IMG/VR virus record: IMGVR_UViG_3300030620_000004
Span: 22,187 to 86,186 of that record
Length of the DNA: 64,000 bases
Reading direction: 5' to 3' (one strand)
From: a virus
Lineage: Duplodnaviria; Caudoviricetes
Shown: positions 28,134 through 38,221 of the stretch, one piece after another
Layout: each line of letters begins with the position of its first letter
Position numbering within the stretch: the stretch's first letter is position 1
The notes under the pieces: model-generated
Seen by the model: only the letters and a program-made list of their open reading frames with translations
Databases searched by the model: none
Told to the model about the DNA's origin: nothing
Made by a program: the position numbers and the translations under genes

Positions 28134-28729
28134 TCGCGCTGCTCACTCGTGTCGAGCACGTGCAGCTTGTTGAACATCATGTGCATCAGACGCCGGCACC
28201 GCTCGCCGAGCTCGTTCCAGAACATCTCGATGCCGCCCGTGCGCACCGTGCTCCAGTCAGCCTCGACTCCGTCGTGCACCCGAACCATCTGCTTCGCGAG
28301 CTCGTCGCCCACCCGGTTCGCGTCGCGCTGGCTTCGCCCGAGTGCAAGCTTCTTGTCCGCCACGTTGATGGGCCACACGACGCACTGCCGGTACAACACC
28401 ACCCGGCCCTGCTCGTCGACCTCGCGAATCCCCGTCACAGGGTCCTTGATCGGCTCGCCCTTCCACGGAGCGTCTGTCCACTTCGACTTGAACTTCACAA
28501 ACAGCACCTGCTTCCCACGCGGAAACGTGAAGCCCGGAGGCAGCTTCACCCAATGGGGGGCTGCACCGTGCTCCGCCTCGGGTAACTCTAGCTCGCGCTG
28601 TTCAGCTTCGAGCTCACGCACGACACGCTCCTCGAGCGTGTCCTTCGGGTCCTCCTGCCCAGGGTCAGGCGGCACGTCGGGTTCACTCTGGTCACTTCTA
28701 AGGGGCAAGCCCTCGCTCTGGTCGGTCAT
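28091..28729 (-). CDS. Tail assembly chaperone (G-like)
   Basis: Lies between tube and tape measure; carries the slippery site near its 3' end. Confidence 0.75.
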   Translation of the reverse strand: MTDQSEGLPLRSDQSEPDVPPDPGQEDPKDTLEERVVRELEAEQRELELPEAEHGAAPHWVKLPPGFTFPRGKQVLFVKFKSKWTDAPWKGEPIKDPVTGIREVDEQGRVVLYRQCVVWPINVADKKLALGRSQRDANRVGDELAKQMVRVHDGVEADWSTVRTGGIEMFWNELGERCRRLMHMMFNKLHVLDTSEQRDFLQNCIEVRSTGS

Positions 28730-28840
28730 CGGTATTCCTCATTCTCGATTACTGACCCCGCGCCGTCGTGCGGAGGAAGCTTGCAGGCCGTCACCTAGAA
28801 GCACGCCCGACGGCGCAGTGTCATGTTGGCGCAGGGTAAA

Positions 28841-29287
28841 TCAGGGTAGAGCGTTGGTTTGCACCGGTCGCTCTTCACACCGAAATTCCATGCGCGGCTT
28901 GACGTAGTCACCACGACTGGCAACCGAAGTGGGAATCGCACCCCACTTGACATCCTGGTAGGTGAAGACCGACGTGTCCCCATTCGGGTAGAAGTCGGTC
29001 CGCACCACGTTGAAGACGAGGTCGGGTTGGGCTCGTGTCGCACGCGCAATGATGAGCTCGACCAGGTCGTTCCAGTCTGCTCGGTTCACGTGGAACTCGA
29101 AGTCCCCACCGTACCCGTTCAGAATGTCGTCGAACCGGTTCACCGTCTCGCCGAGGTAGCCCTGCTCCTTGAGCTCTAGGGCGACGTTGTCGTTGAACGC
29201 TGACACGCTGTCGATCGACGTCACGACGTTGCCGGCTTGAATCACTCGAACTGAGACTTCTTGGCCTTTCAGCCTTTGGTCGGCCAC
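28841..29287 (-). CDS. Tail tube protein
   Basis: 148 aa from a GTG start with RBS, downstream of the sheath; beta-rich sequence. Confidence 0.75.
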   Translation of the reverse strand: MADQRLKGQEVSVRVIQAGNVVTSIDSVSAFNDNVALELKEQGYLGETVNRFDDILNGYGGDFEFHVNRADWNDLVELIIARATRAQPDLVFNVVRTDFYPNGDTSVFTYQDVKWGAIPTSVASRGDYVKPRMEFRCEERPVQTNALP

Positions 29288-29326
29288 GCTTGAACCCTTT
29301 CTGCTAAACATGCCATATTCATGGTC

Positions 29327-29886
29327 ATGCAAATGGATGATTTGAAAGACCAACGCTTCGGGCGCTGGACCGTCGTCAAACGAAACCCAAGTCCTGCGGT
29401 TGCCTGCGTCGCGAAATGGGAGTCTCCAGAGGACATGCAAGCCGCAAGCATGGGGGCGACGGCACCCCCGAGTACATGGCCTATCACCAGGCCAAGCACC
29501 GTTGCACGAATGCAAATTCGCCGGTTTGGAACCACTACGGCGGACGAGGCATCGAGTTCAGATTCACTTCGTTCGAGCAATTCATTGCCGAGCTCGGACC
29601 TCGCCCGAGTTCTCGTCACTCGCTCGATCGCATCGACAACGAAGGACACTACGAACCGGACAACTGTCGTTGGGCAACTCCCAAACAACAGAACACCAAT
29701 TGCCGCAAGCGGAGTAAGCCAACCCGCCAGCGTCTTGTCGAGTTTCACGGGCTCAAGATGAACCTGCGCCAATGGGCTGCCGAGCTGGGAATTGCTGAAC
29801 ATGTATTGCAGAATCGCTTTAGAAGGGGTTGGACTGCCGAGCGGGCCTTCACGAACTCGACCAGAAAGTACGTGCTGGAAGACTAG
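29327..29886 (+). pseudogene. HNH homing endonuclease, frameshifted by an apparent internal deletion
   Basis: Frame 1 has DLKDQRFGRWTVV. A different frame has KSCGCL..HG..EYMAYHQAKHRCTN..YGGRGI..SLDRIDNEGHYEPDNCRWAT. It is the only credible plus-strand gene and looks more AT-rich. Confidence 0.8.
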
Positions 29887-32456
29887 GCCGCCAGTTGCTC
29901 CGTCACCGTCACCACGTTCTCGCCAATCTCGGTGTCGAGAACGATGAAGTCGAGCGAGGAAAGCGTTCGCACCTTGAGGATGATGCGGAAGATACCCGCC
30001 GCCAGCGCCTCGGGCGTGTTTCCCGAGATGGCGTCGATGATGTACGAGTCGATGCGTTGGCTGCTCGGGTTGTTCGGGCTCTTCAGCCCGTTCATGAACG
30101 AGTCGATCTCGCCGAGGATGAGACTGCGACGCTCACGGGTGTTCAGCTTCTTGTTGAACGCCTTGAGCCGCGGAGCAATCGAGTCCTGGATGAAGTCGGC
30201 CATCCGACGACGTGCGATGTTCTTCAGGTTCGGGAACGTCGTCGGGTTCACACTCGTGATGCCGCTCTGGATGATCGGCGTGCCGTCGTCGATACGCAGC
30301 GCTGCAATGCCGTTCGCCTTAAACGCCTTGTAGTCGTTGATCTTCATGTCCTGCACGTCCGGGTTCCCGCGCTCGAGCGCCTGGATTGCCGTCATGAAGC
30401 CCGTCAGCTGCCCCGGGTTCTCCTCGGGAGGCAGCTGGCTGAGCGTGCTGCTTACCCACGAATCGAACCCAGTGTCGATGACACCGTCTTCCGTGAAGCC
30501 GTCACCACCACCGAGCCCGCGGCTCGCAATCTGCGGGACGAACGTCGCAGAACCCGGGAAAGCGTACACCACCCGCTGCTCGCGGTAGGCACCGACGCCT
30601 GGCTGCTGCGTGCTCGACAAGGCGAGCGCTCGAGTCGTCGTGCCGAGCGGCGGGCGAATCACCGCCATGCGACCCGCCAACCCTTCACTCGACGCTTGCA
30701 GCGCGTTCTGGCGAAGTGCTGTCCGGATGGCGTTGCTCTGCCGCGCACTGAAGATGATGTTGCCCTGCTTCGAGATTGCGTTCGAATTCAACGTCGAATC
30801 GAGCGCCGTCACATACGCCGCATCGAGCGCCGCTTCAGTGAGCGCTGCGGACACCGGGAGCAGGTTCGTGGCGACGAACGAGTCGAAGCCAATCGCCGCG
30901 ACGACCGTCGTGACCGTACCCGTCAACGCGCTGAGTGCCGTGCCGTCGTCGAGCGCCGGCCGCACCCGCACCGTGTAGGGGCCGGGGTTGCCAGCCTCGA
31001 CGTTGACCGTCTTGGCCGTCACCCACGTGGTCACGCCGTCCGACACCCGAGTGCCCGCAGGGATGCTGCCCGCAAGGCCGTCGAGAATCGAATCAGTGTC
31101 GCCCACCGTGAAGCCAAGCGCAGCCGCCGTGTGCGCGAGCACCGTGATGTACGCGGTCGACAACGTCGACACGCTGCACACTCGCAACGACCCATCAGGC
31201 GCCTGCTCGACGCGAGACCCCGCAACGGCTGCCTCGACGATGAGCTTGATTTCGTTGAACGTGACCTGGTTGATGTTCGCAACGTTGCCAGTGCCCACCG
31301 CCGACGTCGCAGCACTGAACCCCGTCGCGGTCGTCACGAGCACGCCGCTCACGCTGTTCACCGTCACCGAGCCGGCAGTCCCAGGCACTCGCCCACTCAA
31401 CGTGGTCACGCCACCGCCCGACACGACCGCCGCCGTGTAGCCGAGCGCCGTGTTGATGCGGCTGACGACTTGAGCTTGCGTCTGGTCGGCAAGCTGGAAC
31501 ACGATGTCGAGCGGACCAATCTGCTGCGACGTGCCCTCGTCGATGGTGACGTTTATCGTCTCGCCACCGACGAACGTGGTCGGGTAGACTCCCGCTGCCG
31601 ATGCCAGCGCTGCAACGACGCCAGTGAACGTAGCAGTGTCCGAGTTGTCGCTGCCGGTGACGAGCGCAGTGACCGAGAAGCCAATCGCAGCAGTGATGCC
31701 CGCCGCAACGGCCGTGATCTCGAGCGTGCTCGCAGGTCCCGTGTTTGCAGACCGCAGCACGATGGTGTTCGCCACGGTGCCAAGTGAAGCCGCCGTGTAG
31801 CCGAGCTCTGTGTTGATGCGCGCGATGACTTGCGCAATGGTCTGATCCCCCACCAAGAACGAGATGACAGTCGGACCAGCGCCGTCCACATCGACCGTCA
31901 TCGTGTCGGCAACGCCGTCGAACCCAGTCGGGTAGGTGCCGACGGCCGACGTGATGCGCGCAGGCGAAAACTCGCCGTCGGGGTCGTCGAGCAGGAACTT
32001 GAGGGTCTGCCCACTCAAGAGGCCGTAGCTGAAAGCCTGCGCGCCCCCGACGCACGCATTGCGGATGAACTGGACCTGTCCCACGGTCGTGTCGACCCGC
32101 ACCACGATCAATCGACTGAAGCGCTTGTTCACGAGCGAGAGGAAGGCGTTGCCGTTCCAGTACTCGGGCAGGACTGCGAAGTCCGCCTTGCGAGCGCGGG
32201 CTGCGGGGTTGTTTCCCGAGACGCCGTCGTACGTGAAGCCGAAGGAACCGAAGCGGTCGAGCAAGTCTGTCGCGCTGAAGGCTTCGCTCGGCGCGTTGAA
32301 GTCGCCGTCTTCGAATTCACCCACTGCAATCACGACCCCCGTCGAGGCACCCTGGATGTTGCCCGGGGGTTCCCGGTCGATGATGACGACACCCTCGATC
32401 GACGTGATCTCGGAGACCCCAGGGTCTGATGTGAAACGACGAACGAAACCAGCCAT
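29883..32456 (-). CDS. Contractile tail sheath protein
   Basis: GASTGVVIAVGEFEDG N-terminus; NIARRRMADFI..LGEIDSFMNGL..RIILKVRTLSSLDFIV C-terminus. Confidence 0.9.
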   Translation of the reverse strand: MAGFVRRFTSDPGVSEITSIEGVVIIDREPPGNIQGASTGVVIAVGEFEDGDFNAPSEAFSATDLLDRFGSFGFTYDGVSGNNPAARARKADFAVLPEYWNGNAFLSLVNKRFSRLIVVRVDTTVGQVQFIRNACVGGAQAFSYGLLSGQTLKFLLDDPDGEFSPARITSAVGTYPTGFDGVADTMTVDVDGAGPTVISFLVGDQTIAQVIARINTELGYTAASLGTVANTIVLRSANTGPASTLEITAVAAGITAAIGFSVTALVTGSDNSDTATFTGVVAALASAAGVYPTTFVGGETINVTIDEGTSQQIGPLDIVFQLADQTQAQVVSRINTALGYTAAVVSGGGVTTLSGRVPGTAGSVTVNSVSGVLVTTATGFSAATSAVGTGNVANINQVTFNEIKLIVEAAVAGSRVEQAPDGSLRVCSVSTLSTAYITVLAHTAAALGFTVGDTDSILDGLAGSIPAGTRVSDGVTTWVTAKTVNVEAGNPGPYTVRVRPALDDGTALSALTGTVTTVVAAIGFDSFVATNLLPVSAALTEAALDAAYVTALDSTLNSNAISKQGNIIFSARQSNAIRTALRQNALQASSEGLAGRMAVIRPPLGTTTRALALSSTQQPGVGAYREQRVVYAFPGSATFVPQIASRGLGGGDGFTEDGVIDTGFDSWVSSTLSQLPPEENPGQLTGFMTAIQALERGNPDVQDMKINDYKAFKANGIAALRIDDGTPIIQSGITSVNPTTFPNLKNIARRRMADFIQDSIAPRLKAFNKKLNTRERRSLILGEIDSFMNGLKSPNNPSSQRIDSYIIDAISGNTPEALAAGIFRIILKVRTLSSLDFIVLDTEIGENVVTVTEQLAA

Positions 32457-32479
32457 GATTCTTTGCTCCTGTGGATTGG

Positions 32480-33175
32480 TCAGCAGTCTAGCGTGAGGAA
32501 GACGTTGCCGTCGAGTACCGTTGTCGCCACGTCGGCGTTCATCTGGCGGACGTTGACCAGTGTAACCTCGCAGACGCGCATCGTCACCATGAGATGTGCA
32601 CGACGCCGATTCCTGCTCACCTCATCGCCGTCGATGTACTGGCTCTCGATGAGCTCGAACGCCGCGGTCTCGTTGTAGTAAGCAGGCAGCGAGAGGAAGA
32701 TCGCAGACGAGCCGTCGTTGGCTCGAAACGCAGCCTTGAGGCCGGCGACCAACGCCCGACGCTCGGCTTTCTTGCTCCCCCAGACCTCGACGATGAACGG
32801 CTCGATGTAGTCACCCGCTCGCAGAAGCGCAGTGCCTGGCCCTGCAACCCCGACAGTGTCTTCGAGCACGGTCGGCGGCCCGAGCCCGTAGGTGTCGTGC
32901 ACCCCCCGCCCTGGGATGATGGCGATGCCAGGCAGAGGCGCGTCCTTCAAGTCGTCGGGTTGCTGAATCAGCACACTCTCGAACGGCAAGCAGAACGGGA
33001 TGGCCTCAAGCCCCGGCGCGTTCGTCCGGCGGAAGATGAGCGAACAGAAGTACTCTCGCAGCCGCTCGAGTGCGTAGTCCCGCGCATCCTTGTCCGGCAG
33101 CACCGGAAGCGGCTGCGGGGGATACACCACGTTGAGCGTGTTGTTCTTGAGCAGTGCCAACGACGGCGTGCTCAT
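32480..33175 (-). CDS. Tail terminator/completion-like protein
   Basis: Synteny immediately upstream of the sheath. Confidence 0.55.
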   Translation of the reverse strand: MSTPSLALLKNNTLNVVYPPQPLPVLPDKDARDYALERLREYFCSLIFRRTNAPGLEAIPFCLPFESVLIQQPDDLKDAPLPGIAIIPGRGVHDTYGLGPPTVLEDTVGVAGPGTALLRAGDYIEPFIVEVWGSKKAERRALVAGLKAAFRANDGSSAIFLSLPAYYNETAAFELIESQYIDGDEVSRNRRRAHLMVTMRVCEVTLVNVRQMNADVATTVLDGNVFLTLDC

Positions 33176-33699
33176 CGCGCTTGCCTCGCGGCTTGCTGCA
33201 TCTCGCGTGAGACTTCCTCGCGCAGGATGTCGTCGATGAAGTTCTCGTTCAGCTCACGCAGGATGCCGAGCCCCTTACGACCCATAGGGTTGAAGATGCC
33301 GTCTTTCTGCATCGTCTTCGCGATGGCCCACGCAACTCCAATCGCGCTCTGCTCGTCGTCGGCAATGCCCTTGCGCAACGCCCACTCGGCAAGCGCTCGA
33401 ATCATGGCGGCGCCAATCTTCACGTTCTCAGCCCGCACGCCCCCTTCGATGAACGGCGCGTGCGGCTCCGGGTTGAAGATGGCGACGACGTCACGCGAAA
33501 CCCGCTCCGTCTTCCAGCCTGCTCGATAGGTCCCGCGGTCGACAGGCTGCGGTGACCTCGACGGGATGATTTCAGCGACGAGCTTCTGCAATCCGCGCTC
33601 GCCTGCCTTCACCAGCCCGATGCGGGCCGCCGCAAGCATGCGCTCGCCGAGCTCGCCAAAGAATCGCGAGGCGTCCTCCAGCTTGACCTCGGCTGCCAT
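33172..33699 (-). CDS. HK97 gp10-like tail completion/neck protein
   Basis: PVDRGTYRAGW..IFNPEPHAPFIEGG. Confidence 0.7.
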   Translation of the reverse strand: MAAEVKLEDASRFFGELGERMLAAARIGLVKAGERGLQKLVAEIIPSRSPQPVDRGTYRAGWKTERVSRDVVAIFNPEPHAPFIEGGVRAENVKIGAAMIRALAEWALRKGIADDEQSAIGVAWAIAKTMQKDGIFNPMGRKGLGILRELNENFIDDILREEVSREMQQAARQAR

Positions 33700-34334
33700 C
33701 AGCCAAACCCCGGCGGTAGGTGCGCTTCGTTCACGCCAATCTGAGTCTCGGTACCGAGACGGTTGCGAGACTCGTCTGCACGCTCGAGGTTCACAGCCCA
33801 GTAGAGCGACCCCTCCGAACGACTCGGACCCCCGAACACTCGGTACCGCTGGCGCTCCGCCGGGTCGTCGCCACGCCCGTCCTCTTGCAACTCGTACCAG
33901 AAGTCGATGCGAGGGTTGCTCGCCTTTTCGATGGTCTTGCCGTTCACCCCTTGCCCAACGTCAGCACGCGGCGCCGACGTCGTCGCCCGGGGAATGCTCT
34001 TGCCGTTCAGCACGTCGAGCGTGTACGCACCCGCACTGATCTGGTCGACCCGGAGAGCACCCTCAGGAAAGATACCCGGAGGAAACGGCCTGCGTGCGAT
34101 GGCGGTCAAGTCACTGACGCGAGGCGTCGGCAAGAGCTCGACCTGCGCAAGCAACACCTCGACGCCTTCACCGCGCTCCACACCAGACCAAGTCGTCCAG
34201 ACGAGAAAGATTCGCTTCGACCTGAGCCCGAACCGAGTGTTCAGCTGACGCAGCCGGTCGGCAACTCGCGTCAGCCGGTGCGCAAGCGAGCGCTTCGCAC
34301 CTTCGGGTCCTGTGAGCGGTGCGGGTCGTGGCAA
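33699..34334 (-). CDS. Head closure/head-tail joining-like protein
   Basis: Synteny between the connector and gp10-like genes. Confidence 0.5.
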   Translation of the reverse strand: MPRPAPLTGPEGAKRSLAHRLTRVADRLRQLNTRFGLRSKRIFLVWTTWSGVERGEGVEVLLAQVELLPTPRVSDLTAIARRPFPPGIFPEGALRVDQISAGAYTLDVLNGKSIPRATTSAPRADVGQGVNGKTIEKASNPRIDFWYELQEDGRGDDPAERQRYRVFGGPSRSEGSLYWAVNLERADESRNRLGTETQIGVNEAHLPPGFG

Positions 34335-34341
34335 GGCGTGC

Positions 34342-34707
34342 TCATTCTTCCTGCGGCTTCAGACCGTGTGCGGCGCCAACCACCTGCTTCGCTGCGAGGA
34401 TGTTGCGAATGAACGGCTGCAAGTCCTCTTGCGCCGCGCACAAGTCTTCGAGCGTCACCCCTTGCGGGAGTGCTTCCTCGCCAAAGGCGACCTCGCACGC
34501 AATCCGGGCCGCGTCATTGACCGTCCGCGCAATCGGCTTGGCCTGCGCGCAGCCCGCCAGGCCCCCCAAGACCCCCAGCAAAAGAGCCAATTCCGGCCCC
34601 CTGGGTGGCCTTCCAAGAGACTTTTGACCAGGGGGGGCCCCCTGGTAGGGGTCCAGGCCCAAAGTCGCCCTGGGAGCGCCTGGGTCGGGGAGTCGGGGAG
34701 TCTGCAT
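34342..34707 (-). CDS. Putative lipoprotein (start probably later, TTG at 34617 or 34590)
   Basis: Hydrophobic stretch ending in lipobox LAGC. Confidence 0.6.
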   Translation of the reverse strand: MQTPRLPDPGAPRATLGLDPYQGAPPGQKSLGRPPRGPELALLLGVLGGLAGCAQAKPIARTVNDAARIACEVAFGEEALPQGVTLEDLCAAQEDLQPFIRNILAAKQVVGAAHGLKPQEE

Positions 34708-34722
34708 TTCGGGTTCCTTTCC

Positions 34723-35139
34723 TTAGCCGACACGGACGTTGAGTCCGCCCGTCCCAAGCGCGCCAAGCCGCTTGTCAAACGGGTTGCGATAGACGCCCAT
34801 CAGGTTCGCGAGCCCGTTCACCCATCGGTCGTAGACCTGGATGAGCTGACGCTGCTCTCGGTCCTGTCCCGTCGAGTTCACTTCAATCGTGTCGATCTTC
34901 GTGATCTGCAAGAGCTCGAGGTTCTGAATCATCTGCTCTTCGATTTGGTCGAGAATCTGAAGATGCCTGCGCACCTCGGGCAACGCCTCTTCGAGAATTC
35001 GATTCATCGCCCCTTCGACGATGAACTGGGTCTCGACGGCTGCCGGCGTGCCGAGCACGAAGGTCTGGGCTTCCTGGACGTTCAGGTAGCCCAAGTGCAG
35101 CCGAACCTTCACTTTCTCGATTTCGCTCAGCCCCGACAC
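34723..35139 (-). CDS. Head-tail connector-like protein
   Basis: Helical 138-aa protein two genes downstream of the major capsid gene. Confidence 0.6.
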   Translation of the reverse strand: MSGLSEIEKVKVRLHLGYLNVQEAQTFVLGTPAAVETQFIVEGAMNRILEEALPEVRRHLQILDQIEEQMIQNLELLQITKIDTIEVNSTGQDREQRQLIQVYDRWVNGLANLMGVYRNPFDKRLGALGTGGLNVRVG

Positions 35140-35150
35140 GGGTCACCCTT

Positions 35151-35501
35151 TCAGCCTGCCAGCGCTTCCTCTTCCGTGATCTCTTGCAGCGGCACGCCTT
35201 GGCTGCGCAGCTTCGAAATGTTGTAGGTCGTCGTGTTCACGACCTTGCCCGCGTGGAGCTTCGCTCGGAAGCCCGTCGCTCCCATGATGCGCCGCTCCGC
35301 CGTAACACGGAAGTACTGCACTGCCTCCCCCTTGCCCGTCTGCCGAGCAAACGCCTTCGCTGGGTGTTTCATCTGGGGTTCGGCAACTGCGTTCGCAGCG
35401 GCCTGCGTCATCGTGCCCGCTTCCTCAGGCATCGCTTCGACCGGTGCCTGCGAGAGCACCCTGACTTCTTCCTTTTCCTTCACAGCCTTCGTCTGTCGCA
35501 T
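35151..35501 (-). CDS. Small capsid-region protein
   Basis: Directly after the major capsid gene, with RBS. Confidence 0.55.
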   Translation of the reverse strand: MRQTKAVKEKEEVRVLSQAPVEAMPEEAGTMTQAAANAVAEPQMKHPAKAFARQTGKGEAVQYFRVTAERRIMGATGFRAKLHAGKVVNTTTYNISKLRSQGVPLQEITEEEALAG

Positions 35502-35596
35502 GGTTTTCCTCTTTTCGTATTGGTGACGGCACTGACCGGCAACCCGTGGCTAAACAGGCTGCCGGCCTTCAACTACCATTCTAGCACGCCAGCCGA

Positions 35597-37003
35597 TTAG
35601 CTGCTGAGCGCGTGCTCGATGACCAGCGCTCGCTTGAAGCGTTGTGGACCGCCGCTCGTGACGTCGCTCGGAATCGGGAACGACGTGGTGATGCTCCACG
35701 AGGCCGCAACGATGTCCTGCAACCGATTCACGGGCGCTCGCAAGATGAGGCGGATGCGCTCCGTCTGCACCTCGATACCAGCGTTCACGATCGTGAACTC
35801 GCCCGCCTTGCCCGTGATGCCGGCCTCGGTCACGTAGCTCTTCTCGTCGAGCCACTTCTCGTAGATCGCTCCACGCCCCGTCAGCACCACGCGACCGATA
35901 CCGATGTTCGACTCGTTCGTCGTCTCCGCACCGATGCCGCTCGAGTACTGCGCGTTCGCACCCGTCGGCACGAGGTCGCCCGCGTTGCCGCCGTCGGGGC
36001 TCTCCGTGTTCAGGAAGAATGCGATGCCTGCGAGGGTCCCGATGAACGCTTCCTGGTAGTAGCGATGGTCGGGCAGCGCAGTGTTCAGCCGCTGAAAGGC
36101 AGGGTCCTCGAACACCTGCGAGTTGCCGTCGGTGTTGATGTGCGCGTGGAAGTACCCGTCCTCGTGCGGCGGGATGTTGTTCTTGCGCATCCGGTTCGTC
36201 GCATTGATGGCGTCCTGCAACGTGAAGATGTCCGTTGCGCCGATGGCGTCGACGCTCGAACCACCACCCGCTCGAATGACGTCAGGCTTCGCGACCGAGA
36301 TGACAGCCGAGCGCACTGCGACGATGGCACCCACCGCAGCGTCGAGCACCAACGTGCCAGGACCGAACGGGTCGTCCGGGTCGTCCGGAATCGCCTGCGT
36401 CACGTTGCGAACGATGGCAAGCGTGTCCGGGTCGATGGTGATCTGCAACGGAGCACTCCCACTGACAGGCTGTGGGCGAACACCAGCCGCGCCTTGCAGG
36501 ATGACGTCTGTGAAGCCGTTCAGCGCGGCGACACTGATCTGAGTGTCCACCGCTGCAGTCGCTACCGTCAGGTTCGTCTGCCCGCTGAGGTACGACTTGA
36601 ACAGCTCGTTGCGAGGAATGCGGTTCAGTGATTGCCCCGCCTGCAACCCGAGCTGGTGGATGTTGCGCAGGAACTGGTCCGCATTCGACACCACGCTCGT
36701 CGGGATGTGGGTGTCGATGGTGCCAGCGAAGCGCTGAAGCCTCGCCACCCACTGCTCGTACGCCACCGCTTGCGGCGTCGGGTCGACACCCGCTGCGATG
36801 GGACGAGTGACCGGAGGAAGCAACCCGGGCCGCGACATGAAAATCTCGGTGCCGGTGTTGGCTTCCCACTGCTCCTCTTGTGCCTCGCTTCGATACAAGA
36901 GCCCCGGGTACAACCCGTCGTGAAAGCTCCGCTCGAGCAGTCCTTGCTGGACTAGGTTGAGAATCTGAGGAGGCACCCCCAGAACGAGATTGCTGATTGC
37001 CAT
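35597..37003 (-). CDS. Major capsid protein (N4-gp56-like, HK97 fold)
   Basis: GLQAGQSLNRIPRNEL and GYFHAHIN resemble the N4-gp56 family; it follows the scaffold gene. Confidence 0.8.
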   Translation of the reverse strand: MAISNLVLGVPPQILNLVQQGLLERSFHDGLYPGLLYRSEAQEEQWEANTGTEIFMSRPGLLPPVTRPIAAGVDPTPQAVAYEQWVARLQRFAGTIDTHIPTSVVSNADQFLRNIHQLGLQAGQSLNRIPRNELFKSYLSGQTNLTVATAAVDTQISVAALNGFTDVILQGAAGVRPQPVSGSAPLQITIDPDTLAIVRNVTQAIPDDPDDPFGPGTLVLDAAVGAIVAVRSAVISVAKPDVIRAGGGSSVDAIGATDIFTLQDAINATNRMRKNNIPPHEDGYFHAHINTDGNSQVFEDPAFQRLNTALPDHRYYQEAFIGTLAGIAFFLNTESPDGGNAGDLVPTGANAQYSSGIGAETTNESNIGIGRVVLTGRGAIYEKWLDEKSYVTEAGITGKAGEFTIVNAGIEVQTERIRLILRAPVNRLQDIVAASWSITTSFPIPSDVTSGGPQRFKRALVIEHALSS

Positions 37004-37151
37004 TGGTGGTTTCTCCGAGTGAGGTAGGAGGGGTTTGCTCGAACCGTCTCAACCAGAAACCACCTTGACTTGGACCGCGGGGTGGGCCGCGGAGCGCGGC
37101 GAGTCGGCTTGATCTGCTTGCAATACTGCCGTGACCCCGCGGGCGAGTCAA

Positions 37152-37185
37152 GCAGCCAATGGAATCCCGGGATTCCATTGGCTGC
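37152..37185. repeat. Dispersed palindrome copy 5 (core 37159-37178; perfect 34 bp)
   Basis: GCAGCCA-ATGGAATCCCGGGATTCCAT-TGGCTGC, followed on the minus strand by TTGACT (37146-37151). Confidence 0.95.
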
Positions 37186-37199
37186 CGACCGCTTCACAG

Positions 37200-38171
37200 T
37201 CAGTACGGGCGCATCCCCTGGGAGCGCATGTACTCGTTCAGCTCCTGCTTCGTCATCGAGTTGGGCTGACCCGGCTTCACCGTCTTCCCCTTGAACGACC
37301 CGGCTTGATCGGCTCCCGCGGGGGCCGGCGGCCGCGCTGGCGCCTTCGTCGTCGTCACCGTCCGCTTCACCACAGGCTTGGTCCCTGCTGCAGGCACGAC
37401 AGGCGCACCCGACGCTTGGTCGACCCCATTCGCAGACGGGTCAACCGCAGGCTTTGCAAGCCCCGGGTTCTCCTTTGCCCACTTCTCGAACCACCGCTCC
37501 GTCTGCTTCACGCCGAATTTCTTGAAGGATTCGGCGTCTTTCTTGAACAGCTCGACCATGGCTTCCGCAAAGTCACGCTTCGCGTGCTTCATGTACTGCG
37601 CCGCGACATAGCCTTGCGCCGCGCCCGAGATCACACTGTCCTGTTGGTGCACGAGCTCGGTCTGCTGCTGTTCCTTGAGCTGCACCTCGAGTTGCTTGAT
37701 TCGAGCATCTTTCGTCGCCAAGTCGGCGTTGACGCGCTCCTGCTCCGTCTGACGCGCGCGCTTGCGTGCTTCCTCTTGCCGCTTCAGCCGCGTGTACTCC
37801 TCAGCTTGGTCCTTGTTGAACGCGCCGAGTTCCTTCCCCTTGGCAATGAGCTTCTTCACTTCCTCGGGGTCGTCGGTCCCAGCCAAGTCGCGCAGCAAAC
37901 TCTTGCGAGACCGCTCAACCCGCTCGGAGATGGCTTCCTCGGTCATCGGCTTGCCGCCGTGGCCAAGCACCTTGGAACCTTCACCCTCAGGCTGACCTTC
38001 GGGCTTTGACTCTGCTGGACGCTCGCTTGTGGGCGGGGTCAACGGCTGTCCTGTCGACGAACCGACGAAGCCATGCAATGCAGGCTTCGTCGGTTCGGTT
38101 GGAGCAGGAGGGGTACCGTCTGCCGGCTTCTGTTGGGACTGGGCCCCCGTCGGGGCAATGGGTTCAGGCAT
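37200..38171 (-). CDS. Head scaffolding protein
   Basis: Pro-rich ends with a central coiled coil; upstream of the major capsid gene. Confidence 0.75.
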   Translation of the reverse strand: MPEPIAPTGAQSQQKPADGTPPAPTEPTKPALHGFVGSSTGQPLTPPTSERPAESKPEGQPEGEGSKVLGHGGKPMTEEAISERVERSRKSLLRDLAGTDDPEEVKKLIAKGKELGAFNKDQAEEYTRLKRQEEARKRARQTEQERVNADLATKDARIKQLEVQLKEQQQTELVHQQDSVISGAAQGYVAAQYMKHAKRDFAEAMVELFKKDAESFKKFGVKQTERWFEKWAKENPGLAKPAVDPSANGVDQASGAPVVPAAGTKPVVKRTVTTTKAPARPPAPAGADQAGSFKGKTVKPGQPNSMTKQELNEYMRSQGMRPY

Positions 38172-38221
38172 TGTCGAGTGCTTCCTTTCCTCAGAGAAGC
38201 GGCGGGTTAGAAGTTACCGCT

